Positions 7,872 to 16,791 of a stretch of 64,000 nucleotides of DNA are shown piece after piece. A program made the translations under genes and the position numbers. How positions within the stretch are numbered: the first letter of the stretch is position 1; each line of letters begins with the position of its first letter. Origin of the DNA: Lachnospiraceae bacterium. Lineage in GTDB: Bacteria; Bacillota; Clostridia; Lachnospirales; Lachnospiraceae. The stretch spans positions 14,637 to 78,636 of the forward strand of contig JAZSPZ010000052.1 of assembly GCA_045537735.1 (NCBI GenBank), in the 5' to 3' direction. The notes below the pieces were generated by a model, which was given only the letters and a program-made list of their open reading frames with translations, was not told the origin of the DNA and did no database searches.

Positions 7872-10799
7872 TTACTTTGCTCCCTTCTGCTTCGTGGCTG
7901 CAAACAAACTACGAAGACGAATTTTCACCGCACCAAGATTGGTTATTTCATCAATTTTAATCTGTGTATAAATCTTACCTTGCTCTTCCAAAATACGTCG
8001 AACTTCATCCGTTGTAACTGCATCCACGCCACAACCAAAGGATACTAACTGCACCAAATTAAGGTTCGGATCCTGTTCATCTGCTACATACTGTGCCGCA
8101 GCATACATTCTCGAATGATACATCCACTGATTTAACACCTTTGTATCAACATGTTTTGCCATATCAGACACAGAATCTTCCGTAACTACAACTGCTCCCA
8201 AATCACAAATTAATTTGTTGATGCCATGATTCACTTCCAAATCCAAATGGTATGGTCTACCAGCAAGTACAACAATTGGTCTATCCTCTCGCTTTGCAAT
8301 ACGAAGATACTTTCTACCCTCCATGCGTACTAATTGCATATGTTTTTCATACTCATCATATGCAGCATTACATGCCATTGCAACATCTGATAACTTCATT
8401 TTGCCAAAATACTTCTCCAATACACCATGGAATTTTTTTATGAAATCTTTGCGTCTATGTATCCCAAGATATTCATAAATGTATTTCACATCACGCAACG
8501 CTTTAACATTGGCTTCTAACACCTCGGGATAGTAAGCAACTACCGGACAATTATAATGGTTGTCTCCTAACCCTTCGTCGAAATTGTAACTCAAACAAGG
8601 ATAGAAAATAGCATCTACATTCTCCTTCAACAACGCTTCAATATGTCCATGCAATAACTTGGCCGGGAAACAAACTGTATCTGAAGGAATCGTATGCTGT
8701 CCACTCAAATATAAGCTTCTTGATGAATTCGGTGATGTCACCACATTGAAACCTAACCTTGTAAACAGCGTATACCAAAACGGTAACAGTTCATACATGT
8801 TAAGCCCCATTGGAATTCCGATAGTGCCCTTTGCAGTATTCGCCGGAATATTAGAGCGTCTGTATTCATCCAAAAGTTTTAATTTGTAATCATACAAATC
8901 ATATTGCTCACCCTCTGCCTTCTTAGAAGTTGGCTTATCACAACGATTTCCACTGACAAATCTTCTTCCATTGGCAAAGGTATTGATTGTAAGCTTACAA
9001 TGATTACTACAACCTTTACAGGTTGTCATCGTTATTTCATGTTTGAATTCCTTTAGTTCTTCACTGTTCACAATGGTACTATTACCATCGCTATTCTCCT
9101 GTGCATAGAGTGCCGCACCATATGCACCCATGATGCCTGCCATTTCCGGACGTACCACATCATGACCAATCTCTTGCTCAAATGCGCGCAATACCGCATT
9201 GTTAAGGAAAGTTCCACCTTGTACAACAATGTGCTCCCCTAATTGTTTTGCTGATGCAGCACGTATAACCTTGTATAACGCATTCTTAACAACCGAAATA
9301 GAAAGACCAGCAGAAATATTTTCGATGGTAGCACCATCTTTCTGTGCTTGTTTTACAGACGAATTCATAAATACCGTACAACGAGAACCCAAATCTACTG
9401 GCTTATCCGCATACAAGCCAAGATTCGCAAAATCAGCAATTCCATAACTCAAAGCACCCGCAAATGTCTGTAAAAATGACCCACATCCTGAAGAACATGC
9501 CTCATTCAAAAATATATTATCGATGGCGTTATTGCGAATCTGGAAACATTTGATATCCTGTCCACCAATATCAATGATAAAATCGACATTTGGTTGGAAT
9601 TTCTTGGCTGCAGTAAAATGTGCAACCGTTTCTACGATTCCAAAATCCACACCAAAAGCATTCATAATCATTTCTTCTCCGTATCCAGTTACTGCTGATG
9701 CATCTATCCGAATATCGGGATATTTCTGATATAACTTTTCCAAAAAATCTTTAATAATCGGTACAGGATTACCTCCATTTGGAAGATACTCCGAGCATAA
9801 AATATTAGCATTTTCATCAATCACAACGGCCTTAACAGTTGTTGAACCTGCGTCAATTCCCAAAAAAGCCTTGCCTGTAATCACATCCACGTTCTTGATA
9901 TGATCGGAATTCTTCTTATGTCTTTCAACAAAAGCATTGTAATCCTCTTCCGAAGTAAACAACGGATTACAACTTGCATATCCGCCACTTGCAGTATATC
10001 CATCAATCTTTTCAATCAGTTCCGTCAATTGAAACTTCTTGCTATCTTTCTTAAGCGCTGCCCCCATCGCCACATAATATAACGAATTTTCAGGTGCGAT
10101 ACCTTCCAACTTTAGAGTTTCGTCAAATGCCTTGCGCAACTCAGACAAAAACGTAAGAGGGCCACCAAGGTATACTACTTTACCTTCTATCTCTCGTCCC
10201 TGTGCCAAACCAGCAATGGTCTGATTCACCACAGCATAGAAAATACTAGCTGCAATATCATTTTTCTGTGCACCCTGATTGAGCAATGGCTGCACATCAG
10301 ATTTTGCAAACACACCGCAGCGACTGGCAATTGTATAAATTTTCTCATAATTCTTAGCCGCTTCATTCATGGCACCAGCTTCCATATCCAACAAGGTTGC
10401 CATCTGGTCAATAAATGCTCCCGTGCCACCAGCACAAGAACCATTCATGCGAACTTCCAAGCCATCTGTTAAGAAAAGTATCTTCGCATCCTCTCCGCCT
10501 AACTCAATTACTACGTCGGTACCCGGAATCATTTTATTTACAGCAACTCTTGTAGCATATACCTCTTGCTCAAATGCAATCCCAAGAGAATCCGCAATAC
10601 CCATACCTGCCGAACCGGAAATACACAAACTCATCTCCTTCTCGGTTGGAAACTGCGCAATGATATCATTTAACATTCCTACAGTTTTACTAGTAATCTG
10701 AGAAAAATGTCGCTGATAATCTTTGTAAACAATCTGATCTTTGTCATCTAACACAACACATTTCAAGGTAGTGGAACCTACGTCTAAACCAATTCTCAT
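7872..10799 (-). CDS. Fused double BcrAD/BadFG/HgdC-type ATPase (acyl-CoA dehydratase activase-like) with a C-terminal DUF2229-like domain
   Basis: 975 aa. There are two ASKHA modules (MRIGLDVGSTTLKCV... and FLGIDAGSTTVKAVV...). Each carries a Cys pair in activator-like context (GSCAGGTGAF / ASRCGVFAKSD; EACSSGCGSF / GSRCTVFMNSS). A Cys knot follows (CKGCSNHCKL...SGNRC), then a ~340-aa C-terminal domain. Confidence 0.75.
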   Translation of the reverse strand: MRIGLDVGSTTLKCVVLDDKDQIVYKDYQRHFSQITSKTVGMLNDIIAQFPTEKEMSLCISGSAGMGIADSLGIAFEQEVYATRVAVNKMIPGTDVVIELGGEDAKILFLTDGLEVRMNGSCAGGTGAFIDQMATLLDMEAGAMNEAAKNYEKIYTIASRCGVFAKSDVQPLLNQGAQKNDIAASIFYAVVNQTIAGLAQGREIEGKVVYLGGPLTFLSELRKAFDETLKLEGIAPENSLYYVAMGAALKKDSKKFQLTELIEKIDGYTASGGYASCNPLFTSEEDYNAFVERHKKNSDHIKNVDVITGKAFLGIDAGSTTVKAVVIDENANILCSEYLPNGGNPVPIIKDFLEKLYQKYPDIRIDASAVTGYGEEMIMNAFGVDFGIVETVAHFTAAKKFQPNVDFIIDIGGQDIKCFQIRNNAIDNIFLNEACSSGCGSFLQTFAGALSYGIADFANLGLYADKPVDLGSRCTVFMNSSVKQAQKDGATIENISAGLSISVVKNALYKVIRAASAKQLGEHIVVQGGTFLNNAVLRAFEQEIGHDVVRPEMAGIMGAYGAALYAQENSDGNSTIVNSEELKEFKHEITMTTCKGCSNHCKLTINTFANGRRFVSGNRCDKPTSKKAEGEQYDLYDYKLKLLDEYRRSNIPANTAKGTIGIPMGLNMYELLPFWYTLFTRLGFNVVTSPNSSRSLYLSGQHTIPSDTVCFPAKLLHGHIEALLKENVDAIFYPCLSYNFDEGLGDNHYNCPVVAYYPEVLEANVKALRDVKYIYEYLGIHRRKDFIKKFHGVLEKYFGKMKLSDVAMACNAAYDEYEKHMQLVRMEGRKYLRIAKREDRPIVVLAGRPYHLDLEVNHGINKLICDLGAVVVTEDSVSDMAKHVDTKVLNQWMYHSRMYAAAQYVADEQDPNLNLVQLVSFGCGVDAVTTDEVRRILEEQGKIYTQIKIDEITNLGAVKIRLRSLFAATKQKGAK

Positions 10800-11056
10800 T
10801 GTTGATACCTCTTTTTCCTACGTACTTTTCCTTCTAAGCATATGTATATAGGTGACTTTTATATGACAACTAAATCACCTTACGTAAACATCTAAAAAGA
10901 CCCTATTTCTACCTATTAAAAGAAATTAGCCCATACATTCATCAATTCTAACACAAACCTATAAAATGTGCTAGTCCTTATTCATAGTATTTTTCATCCA
11001 GTTTTTTCTAATTACACAATCTGTCTTGTTGCACCTTTCATAATATGATTCTACAT

Positions 11057-11092
11057 AAAAAACAGTCAGAAATTAACTTTCCGACTGTTTTT
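11057..11092 (-). terminator. Rho-independent terminator downstream of the RND gene
   Basis: AAAACAGTC / GACTGTTTT stem, followed on the minus strand by TTTTTTATG, 10 nt after the stop. Confidence 0.65.
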
Positions 11093-11101
11093 CCTCATTC
11101 T

Positions 11102-14100
11102 TTACTCTTCTTCCGTTATACTCTCTGCCATCAGCATTTCTTCATGTTGAAGAAATTCGTTCTCGATTGTCTCCTGCTCCAATTCTTCATCTACTGAAGA
11201 TTTTTTACTCCTATTAAACAATTCGTAAATACATGGTACAACTATCAAAGTTAACAATGTACCATATATCAAACCGCCAATTACTACCAAGGCCATCGGT
11301 TGCACCATACCGGCGCCCATTCCCATACCAAGCGCCATCGGAACCAAACCAAGAATTGTAGTTAAGGCTGTCATAACAATCGGACGCAAACGATTACTTC
11401 CTGTCTTGACAATCGCATATCGCATAGACATACCTTCATCAATCAACTGATTGACCGAATCTACGAATACGATACCATTATTCACTATGATACCTGCCAA
11501 CATAACCATACCAATCATGGCAATTACACTGACATCTTTGCCTGTCAATAGCAACGCTGCAAAACCACCTGTAAAGGCTAGCGGCAGTGTAAACATGATG
11601 ATAAATGGACTCTTAAGAGACTGGAACTGTGCAACCATAATCAAGTACATAAACGCAACTGCAAGTACCATCATCAACATAACCTGACCCATGGCTTCCA
11701 TAACAGTTTCATTTTCACCGTTGTACTCGATGCTATAACCATCTGGCAAATCATAATCGTCTAATAACTTTGTCACTTCATTGGACACATTCGTTGTAAT
11801 ATATCCATCTTTTACCAATGCACTCACCGTAATAAATCTCGTTTGATTGATTCTGCCAATAGCTGACAACGATTGCGCTTCCTGCACATCTGCAATTTGA
11901 TTCACCTTTACATCAACCTTTTCCTGATCCTTTGTTCCCTCAATTGTAAGTCGTTCCACATCTCTCAAAGTATAGCTTTCTCGCACCTCATCACTAACAT
12001 ACACCGGATAATCTTTTTTATCTGTTGTCAACGTTGTCGAAGAAGAACTCTCTGCTAGTGCAGCTTGAACCTTCTGATATACTTGTGCAACTGTAAGTCC
12101 ATACTGAGATGCTTTATCCTTATCCACAATAATACGATATTCAGGCGTTGCTTCTTCCAATCCATTAGAAATCTCAGTTAAACCTTCTACACTTTCTAAT
12201 CGATTACCAATCTGCTCTGCAATTTCTTGAATCTTGTCGGTTTCTTTACCTTTTACCCGGATAGAAATACCTGATGTCATTAAGGCACTCATGTCCATAC
12301 TAGATGCTGTAACAGAAATCTCAGCCTCCAAATCTTTGGTTTTCTCTAAAATCATATCTGCCAGTTCTTCATTTGAGTGTACCTTATCTTCCTTACATTC
12401 GATGTAATAATTTACAGATGTAAAAGAGGAATCGCCTCCCAAACCAAGCATCGACATAGAATTTCCACCCACGATCGCACCAATGGTCTGAATGTCTTCA
12501 ATCTCTAACACTCTATTAATCACTTCATCCGACATGGCAGCTGTTTCTTCCAAAGTTTCTGTATCCTCTGGCATTGTCAACGTCATAGACATCTGCGGTG
12601 AATCCATTTCTGGCATAAACGAAAAACCTTTCGAAATCGCAAATACAGTGGTTGCCACAAATAAGACTAACGCTGTAATCAATACAAGGCCTTTATACTT
12701 TAACACTGTTGGAAGCATTGCTGCATATCGCTCACTAATCTTATTAATGAACTTATTCTCTTTCTCCGAAATCTTAACAAAACTCTTTGATGCCATCATT
12801 GGTACAAACGTAATCGCAACAATCAAACTAGCAAACAAGGAATATGCAATGGTAAGTCCCATATCCTTAAAAATCTGTTTGGTGACACCTTCCATAAACA
12901 CGATTGGTAAGAATACGCAAACTGTTGTAAGGGTCGAAGCTGTAATGGCGCCAGCCATTTGACCCGCTCCTCTAATAGCTGCATTTTTTACAGAATACCC
13001 TTCATTTCTTAATCGGTAGATATTCTCAATTACGACAATAGAGTTATCTACCAGCATACCTACACCCAATGCCAAACCAGACAAGGAAATAACATTCAAT
13101 GTGACATCACTAAAGTACATCAATACAATTGCAAAAATTACCGATACCGGAATCGACACTGCAACAATTCCTGTAGGTCTAATATCCTTAAGGAATAGCA
13201 ACAAAATAATAATCGCTAAAATTGCACCAACCAACAGATTTTCTAATACAGAACCTGCTACCAAATCAATATACATTCCTTGATCCATAAGGGATGTAAA
13301 TGAAATCTTCTCATCTGCTGCCTCAATTTCTTCAAAGGCTTCTTTGATATTATCTGAAACCTCTTTTGTAGAATACTCATTCTGTTTGGCAATGGATAAA
13401 ATGATACCAGGATTTTTATTCAGTCTTGTGTACATTGTATCTGCATTATTCTGGATAAATACATCAGCTACATCTGAAAGCTTAATCGGCTCTAAATCAT
13501 CCATCCCCATATCTAATAACACAAAATCTTGCAAGCTCTCTACATCATCGAATTTCTCACCGACACGAACTAGGTAATCCACATCATCCTCTGTCACATA
13601 TCCTGCTGGAAATTCAAAATTCTGTGCTGTCAAAATACCACTAATCATATCTGTTGTGATAATAGTATTCATATCTGCGCCATCATACGCAGCTTCTTTG
13701 GCTTCTTCAAAACTACTCTTTTGTTCTTCTAACTCTTTTTCACCCTGCGCTAACTGCGACTTTGCCGCAGTCAAATCACTTTGCGTCTCCGCCTGCTTTT
13801 TCTTGAGTTCCACATAAGAATCATCAATCGTCTTCTTACCATTTGTCAACTTTTTCAAAGTGGAATTCAATGTTTTTTTGCCAGTTTTAATCTGCTTCAA
13901 TCCACTCTTAATCTGCGTTAAAGCAGTATTTAAACTCTCAATATACGTAGGTAATGTATCAAAAGTTAATGCATTGCCATTGGTATCTTTTTGCTCTGCT
14001 AGTGCTGCTTCCATCTGTGTCATTGCTGCAACAATCGCCTGAAGTTGTGCAGTCAAAGCTGCATCACCAGGTGTCGCTGCCAAAGCTGCTTCTAACTGTG

Positions 14101-15007
14101 CCCTCTGCGCTTGTAATCCTTGGTAAGTCGTTAATAATTCCTGTAACGAAGTAATTGCAGCTTCCAATTGCTTTTTCTGATCTTTCAATGCTGTTTCTTG
14201 TTCCAACAATTCTGCCAAGGCTTTATTAACCTCTTCTTCCGACTTCAGCATTTCATACTTCGCATTATTGATTTCCACTTCAGCTTTTGCAAATTGCTCG
14301 TTAGCAGTTTGTTGTCCACTTTCTATTTGACTTTTACCACTGGCAATCTGACTCTCGCCATCTGCAATGGCATCCTCTGCCTCTTTGAACTGTTCATCTA
14401 ACGCTTCTTTTACTTTTTTGTTCACTTCATCCACTTTATCTTCACGAATGATGACCTGAACTGATTCTTCCACGACACCCATCGCTGTAACAGAGGCAAC
14501 ACCATTCACACCTTCCAATGATGGAGCCAAAGATTCTTCTACATACTCACTCAATTCAATACTATCCGAATCCTCCATATCTACTGCCGCCACCATTACA
14601 GGTAACATATTCGGATTCAGTTTCATGATAATTGGATTTCCAACACTCTCGTCGAAATAGCTACTAATCTGATCCAGACTCTCTCTCATATCAATCGTCG
14701 CCGCATCCATATTGGCATCTGAACCAAATTCAATAATTACCATGGATACATTCTCTGATGACACAGATTGAATATTTTCAATATTGTCAATTGATGCAAT
14801 CGCCTGTTCTATCGGCTTTGTCACGCTCATTTCCACTGCTTCCGGACTTGCTCCCGGATATGTTGTCATCACAATGGCATATGGCAATTCCATTGCAGGC
14901 AGCAAATCAACTGTCATCTTCGTATAAGCAACAATTCCCAAAATAAGGATTAGCACTATGCCCACAATTACTGTATACGCTTTTTTTACACTAAATTTTG
15001 AAATCAT
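11102..15007 (-). CDS. RND-superfamily efflux permease (AcrB/SwrC-like) with a large coiled-coil insertion in the first extracytoplasmic loop
   Basis: 12-TM RND layout. The N-terminus MISKFSVKKAYTVIVGIV and conserved TM4/TM10 regions (LSGLALGVGMLVDNSIVVIENI; IGMVMLAGIIVNNGIVFVD) fit the family. The track start at 15019 is a TTG. ATG 15007, preceded by GGAGGA with a 4-nt spacer, is preferred. Residues ~196-447 (track numbering) are heptad-like and Ala/Gln/Glu/Lys-rich. Confidence 0.85.
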   Translation of the reverse strand: MISKFSVKKAYTVIVGIVLILILGIVAYTKMTVDLLPAMELPYAIVMTTYPGASPEAVEMSVTKPIEQAIASIDNIENIQSVSSENVSMVIIEFGSDANMDAATIDMRESLDQISSYFDESVGNPIIMKLNPNMLPVMVAAVDMEDSDSIELSEYVEESLAPSLEGVNGVASVTAMGVVEESVQVIIREDKVDEVNKKVKEALDEQFKEAEDAIADGESQIASGKSQIESGQQTANEQFAKAEVEINNAKYEMLKSEEEVNKALAELLEQETALKDQKKQLEAAITSLQELLTTYQGLQAQRAQLEAALAATPGDAALTAQLQAIVAAMTQMEAALAEQKDTNGNALTFDTLPTYIESLNTALTQIKSGLKQIKTGKKTLNSTLKKLTNGKKTIDDSYVELKKKQAETQSDLTAAKSQLAQGEKELEEQKSSFEEAKEAAYDGADMNTIITTDMISGILTAQNFEFPAGYVTEDDVDYLVRVGEKFDDVESLQDFVLLDMGMDDLEPIKLSDVADVFIQNNADTMYTRLNKNPGIILSIAKQNEYSTKEVSDNIKEAFEEIEAADEKISFTSLMDQGMYIDLVAGSVLENLLVGAILAIIILLLFLKDIRPTGIVAVSIPVSVIFAIVLMYFSDVTLNVISLSGLALGVGMLVDNSIVVIENIYRLRNEGYSVKNAAIRGAGQMAGAITASTLTTVCVFLPIVFMEGVTKQIFKDMGLTIAYSLFASLIVAITFVPMMASKSFVKISEKENKFINKISERYAAMLPTVLKYKGLVLITALVLFVATTVFAISKGFSFMPEMDSPQMSMTLTMPEDTETLEETAAMSDEVINRVLEIEDIQTIGAIVGGNSMSMLGLGGDSSFTSVNYYIECKEDKVHSNEELADMILEKTKDLEAEISVTASSMDMSALMTSGISIRVKGKETDKIQEIAEQIGNRLESVEGLTEISNGLEEATPEYRIIVDKDKASQYGLTVAQVYQKVQAALAESSSSTTLTTDKKDYPVYVSDEVRESYTLRDVERLTIEGTKDQEKVDVKVNQIADVQEAQSLSAIGRINQTRFITVSALVKDGYITTNVSNEVTKLLDDYDLPDGYSIEYNGENETVMEAMGQVMLMMVLAVAFMYLIMVAQFQSLKSPFIIMFTLPLAFTGGFAALLLTGKDVSVIAMIGMVMLAGIIVNNGIVFVDSVNQLIDEGMSMRYAIVKTGSNRLRPIVMTALTTILGLVPMALGMGMGAGMVQPMALVVIGGLIYGTLLTLIVVPCIYELFNRSKKSSVDEELEQETIENEFLQHEEMLMAESITEEE

Positions 15008-15021
15008 ATTGTCCTCCAATT

Positions 15022-15972
15022 TTATCTATTATCATTATCATGTGGTTCTTTATATGCAGCTGGGAAGGTTGCAATATTCAGTAAATGTGCAATTTCAATC
15101 TTCCCCTTCGCAAAATTCTCCGACACATAATCTATCGATTCATCATCATACCGCAATACAATATTACGGTATTCAACACGACTATCTCCATAAATTGTAA
15201 TATTCATATTAATATAATGATTTGCGCGATACAAATATGCGATTTCTAATTGTTGTTCATCAAATTCTTGATATACATCATCTAAAATGTCTTGTGCACC
15301 TTGATATTTCAAAAATTGCTCTTGACCAATAGGAATAGCCCCATACTCTCTAAAACCATCATCATATACATAATACAGATAATAGGTCGAGCTTTCTGGC
15401 TGCGCAACCTTATTTTTTTCATCAATCTCTCCATAAACATCTAAAAAAATTTCACCAGATGCATTATGGCGAATATAGCCTTTGCCTGATACATTGGCCT
15501 GAATCACCTGATTATCATTATTCACGCTATATACCAGTGTATTCAACGTACCCTTTACATATTGCTGTAACAGCAGATAATCTTTCGTCTCAAAACCCAA
15601 AATCTCTGTACTGGCATTATCCACATATTCCAGATTATCTATCACCACTTTGCAATCTATTGGAGACATATACCAAAGCTTGTATGTATTTTTTTCTTTT
15701 GTGACAACAAACGCTTCATGAATTCCATCCTTATTATAATCATCATACAAGAAATTCTCAATCTGTTCATTATTCACCTCTTCAAACATAGTGTACAAAT
15801 CCCCTTGTGAAAAATCCATCTCTGATTTGATGTCAACTGATTCCTTTTTTTCAATTTCTAACTTTATTTCATTTTCATTTTCACTTCTTGTCTCCGAATT
15901 CACAAATGTACAACCGCTTAGACAAAAGCACCACAATACGAAACAAAAGCCATACCAACATATCCATCTCAT
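15022..15972 (-). CDS. Predicted lipoprotein of unknown function
   Basis: Signal peptide with lipobox (FCLSGC). The ATG overlaps the yigZ stop (ATGA). Its stop lies 14 nt upstream of the RND ATG, and the RND SD falls in that gap. Confidence 0.7.
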   Translation of the reverse strand: MRWICWYGFCFVLWCFCLSGCTFVNSETRSENENEIKLEIEKKESVDIKSEMDFSQGDLYTMFEEVNNEQIENFLYDDYNKDGIHEAFVVTKEKNTYKLWYMSPIDCKVVIDNLEYVDNASTEILGFETKDYLLLQQYVKGTLNTLVYSVNNDNQVIQANVSGKGYIRHNASGEIFLDVYGEIDEKNKVAQPESSTYYLYYVYDDGFREYGAIPIGQEQFLKYQGAQDILDDVYQEFDEQQLEIAYLYRANHYINMNITIYGDSRVEYRNIVLRYDDESIDYVSENFAKGKIEIAHLLNIATFPAAYKEPHDNDNR

Positions 15973-16610
15973 GCCTCATCCCTCCTACACAAAGAATAAA
16001 TCGGATCACCTTTTTCCAATATGACTCTGGCTGCCGTGGCTTCAACTAATTCTTTCTCAATACATTCTATATCATCTACAAATATCTCTACATTTAAAGT
16101 CACATATTCTCCATATGTACTATTTTTTACATCAATTCCTGCATTACCCATTATATATTGAATCTTACCTAAATCGGTATAATTTGTGGTAACACTCAAA
16201 GGAACAACCATCCTTTTACATACAATCTCTGTTGCAGCAACACACGCTTTGGCTGCATCTGTATAAGCACGAACCAAACCGCCTGTTCCTAAAAGGGTTC
16301 CTCCAAAATATCTAGTCACTACAATGCAAACATTTTTCAAACCTTCTCCTGTAATCACTTCCAAAATTGGTTTTCCTGCCGTTCCACCAGGTTCTCCGTC
16401 ATCACTAAAACGCAAAATCTCCTGCTCCTCTCCAATGGAGTATGCATAACAATTGTGCCTTGCATCATAATGCTTTTTCTTTATATCCATCACAAAAGCG
16501 TTTGCTTCATCTTCTGTCTCTACATGACGAACATAGCCGATAAATCTAGATTTCTTTTCAACAATCTCATCGCTTCCCGCTTCTAAAATCGTCACATATT
16601 CCTTCTGCAT
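15969..16610 (-). CDS. yigZ: YigZ / IMPACT-family (UPF0029) protein
   Basis: 213 aa with family hallmarks KKSRFIGY, ARHNCYAY, DDGEPGGTAGKPIL and VVTRYFGGTLLGTGGL. Confidence 0.8.
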   Translation of the reverse strand: MQKEYVTILEAGSDEIVEKKSRFIGYVRHVETEDEANAFVMDIKKKHYDARHNCYAYSIGEEQEILRFSDDGEPGGTAGKPILEVITGEGLKNVCIVVTRYFGGTLLGTGGLVRAYTDAAKACVAATEIVCKRMVVPLSVTTNYTDLGKIQYIMGNAGIDVKNSTYGEYVTLNVEIFVDDIECIEKELVEATAARVILEKGDPIYSLCRRDEA

Positions 16611-16791
16611 CCATCATCACCTCTTATTACATACATAACCTTACACATTGTAGCAGATATTGTCAACGAAAGACATCTTTTTTTCACATTTTTCTTTACT
16701 GAATAAAGATAGCTTTTTCTGTCCATATTTGATATACTATTATTTATTGTATAAAAGATTGATATCTGAACACTTTTTCAGGAGGGCATAT

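Noticed and set aside
10800-11056. 257-bp intergenic region upstream of the activase gene as a possible riboswitch or sRNA
   Set aside because: I saw only a plausible promoter (TTGTCA-N17-TACATA) and weak 6-bp hairpins. There are no conserved-looking structured elements I can recognise and no convincing small ORF.
12492-12962. 156-aa + strand ORF inside the RND gene; similar long antisense ORFs at 26373-26984, 28397-28855, 30217-30726, 46955-47506 and 60276-61034
   Set aside because: All overlap strongly supported minus-strand genes. They have a compositional bias typical of antisense frames in AT-rich genomes and lack SD sequences.
16660-16791. N-terminal extension of the PBP ORF; similar extensions at 3893-3925, 30862-30960, 37370-37450, 41859-41906, 42917-42946, 50475-50492 and 57023-57085
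   Set aside because: In each case an internal ATG has a well-spaced SD and yields a family-typical N-terminus. Several extended starts are non-ATG, overlap the upstream gene or run through terminator hairpins.
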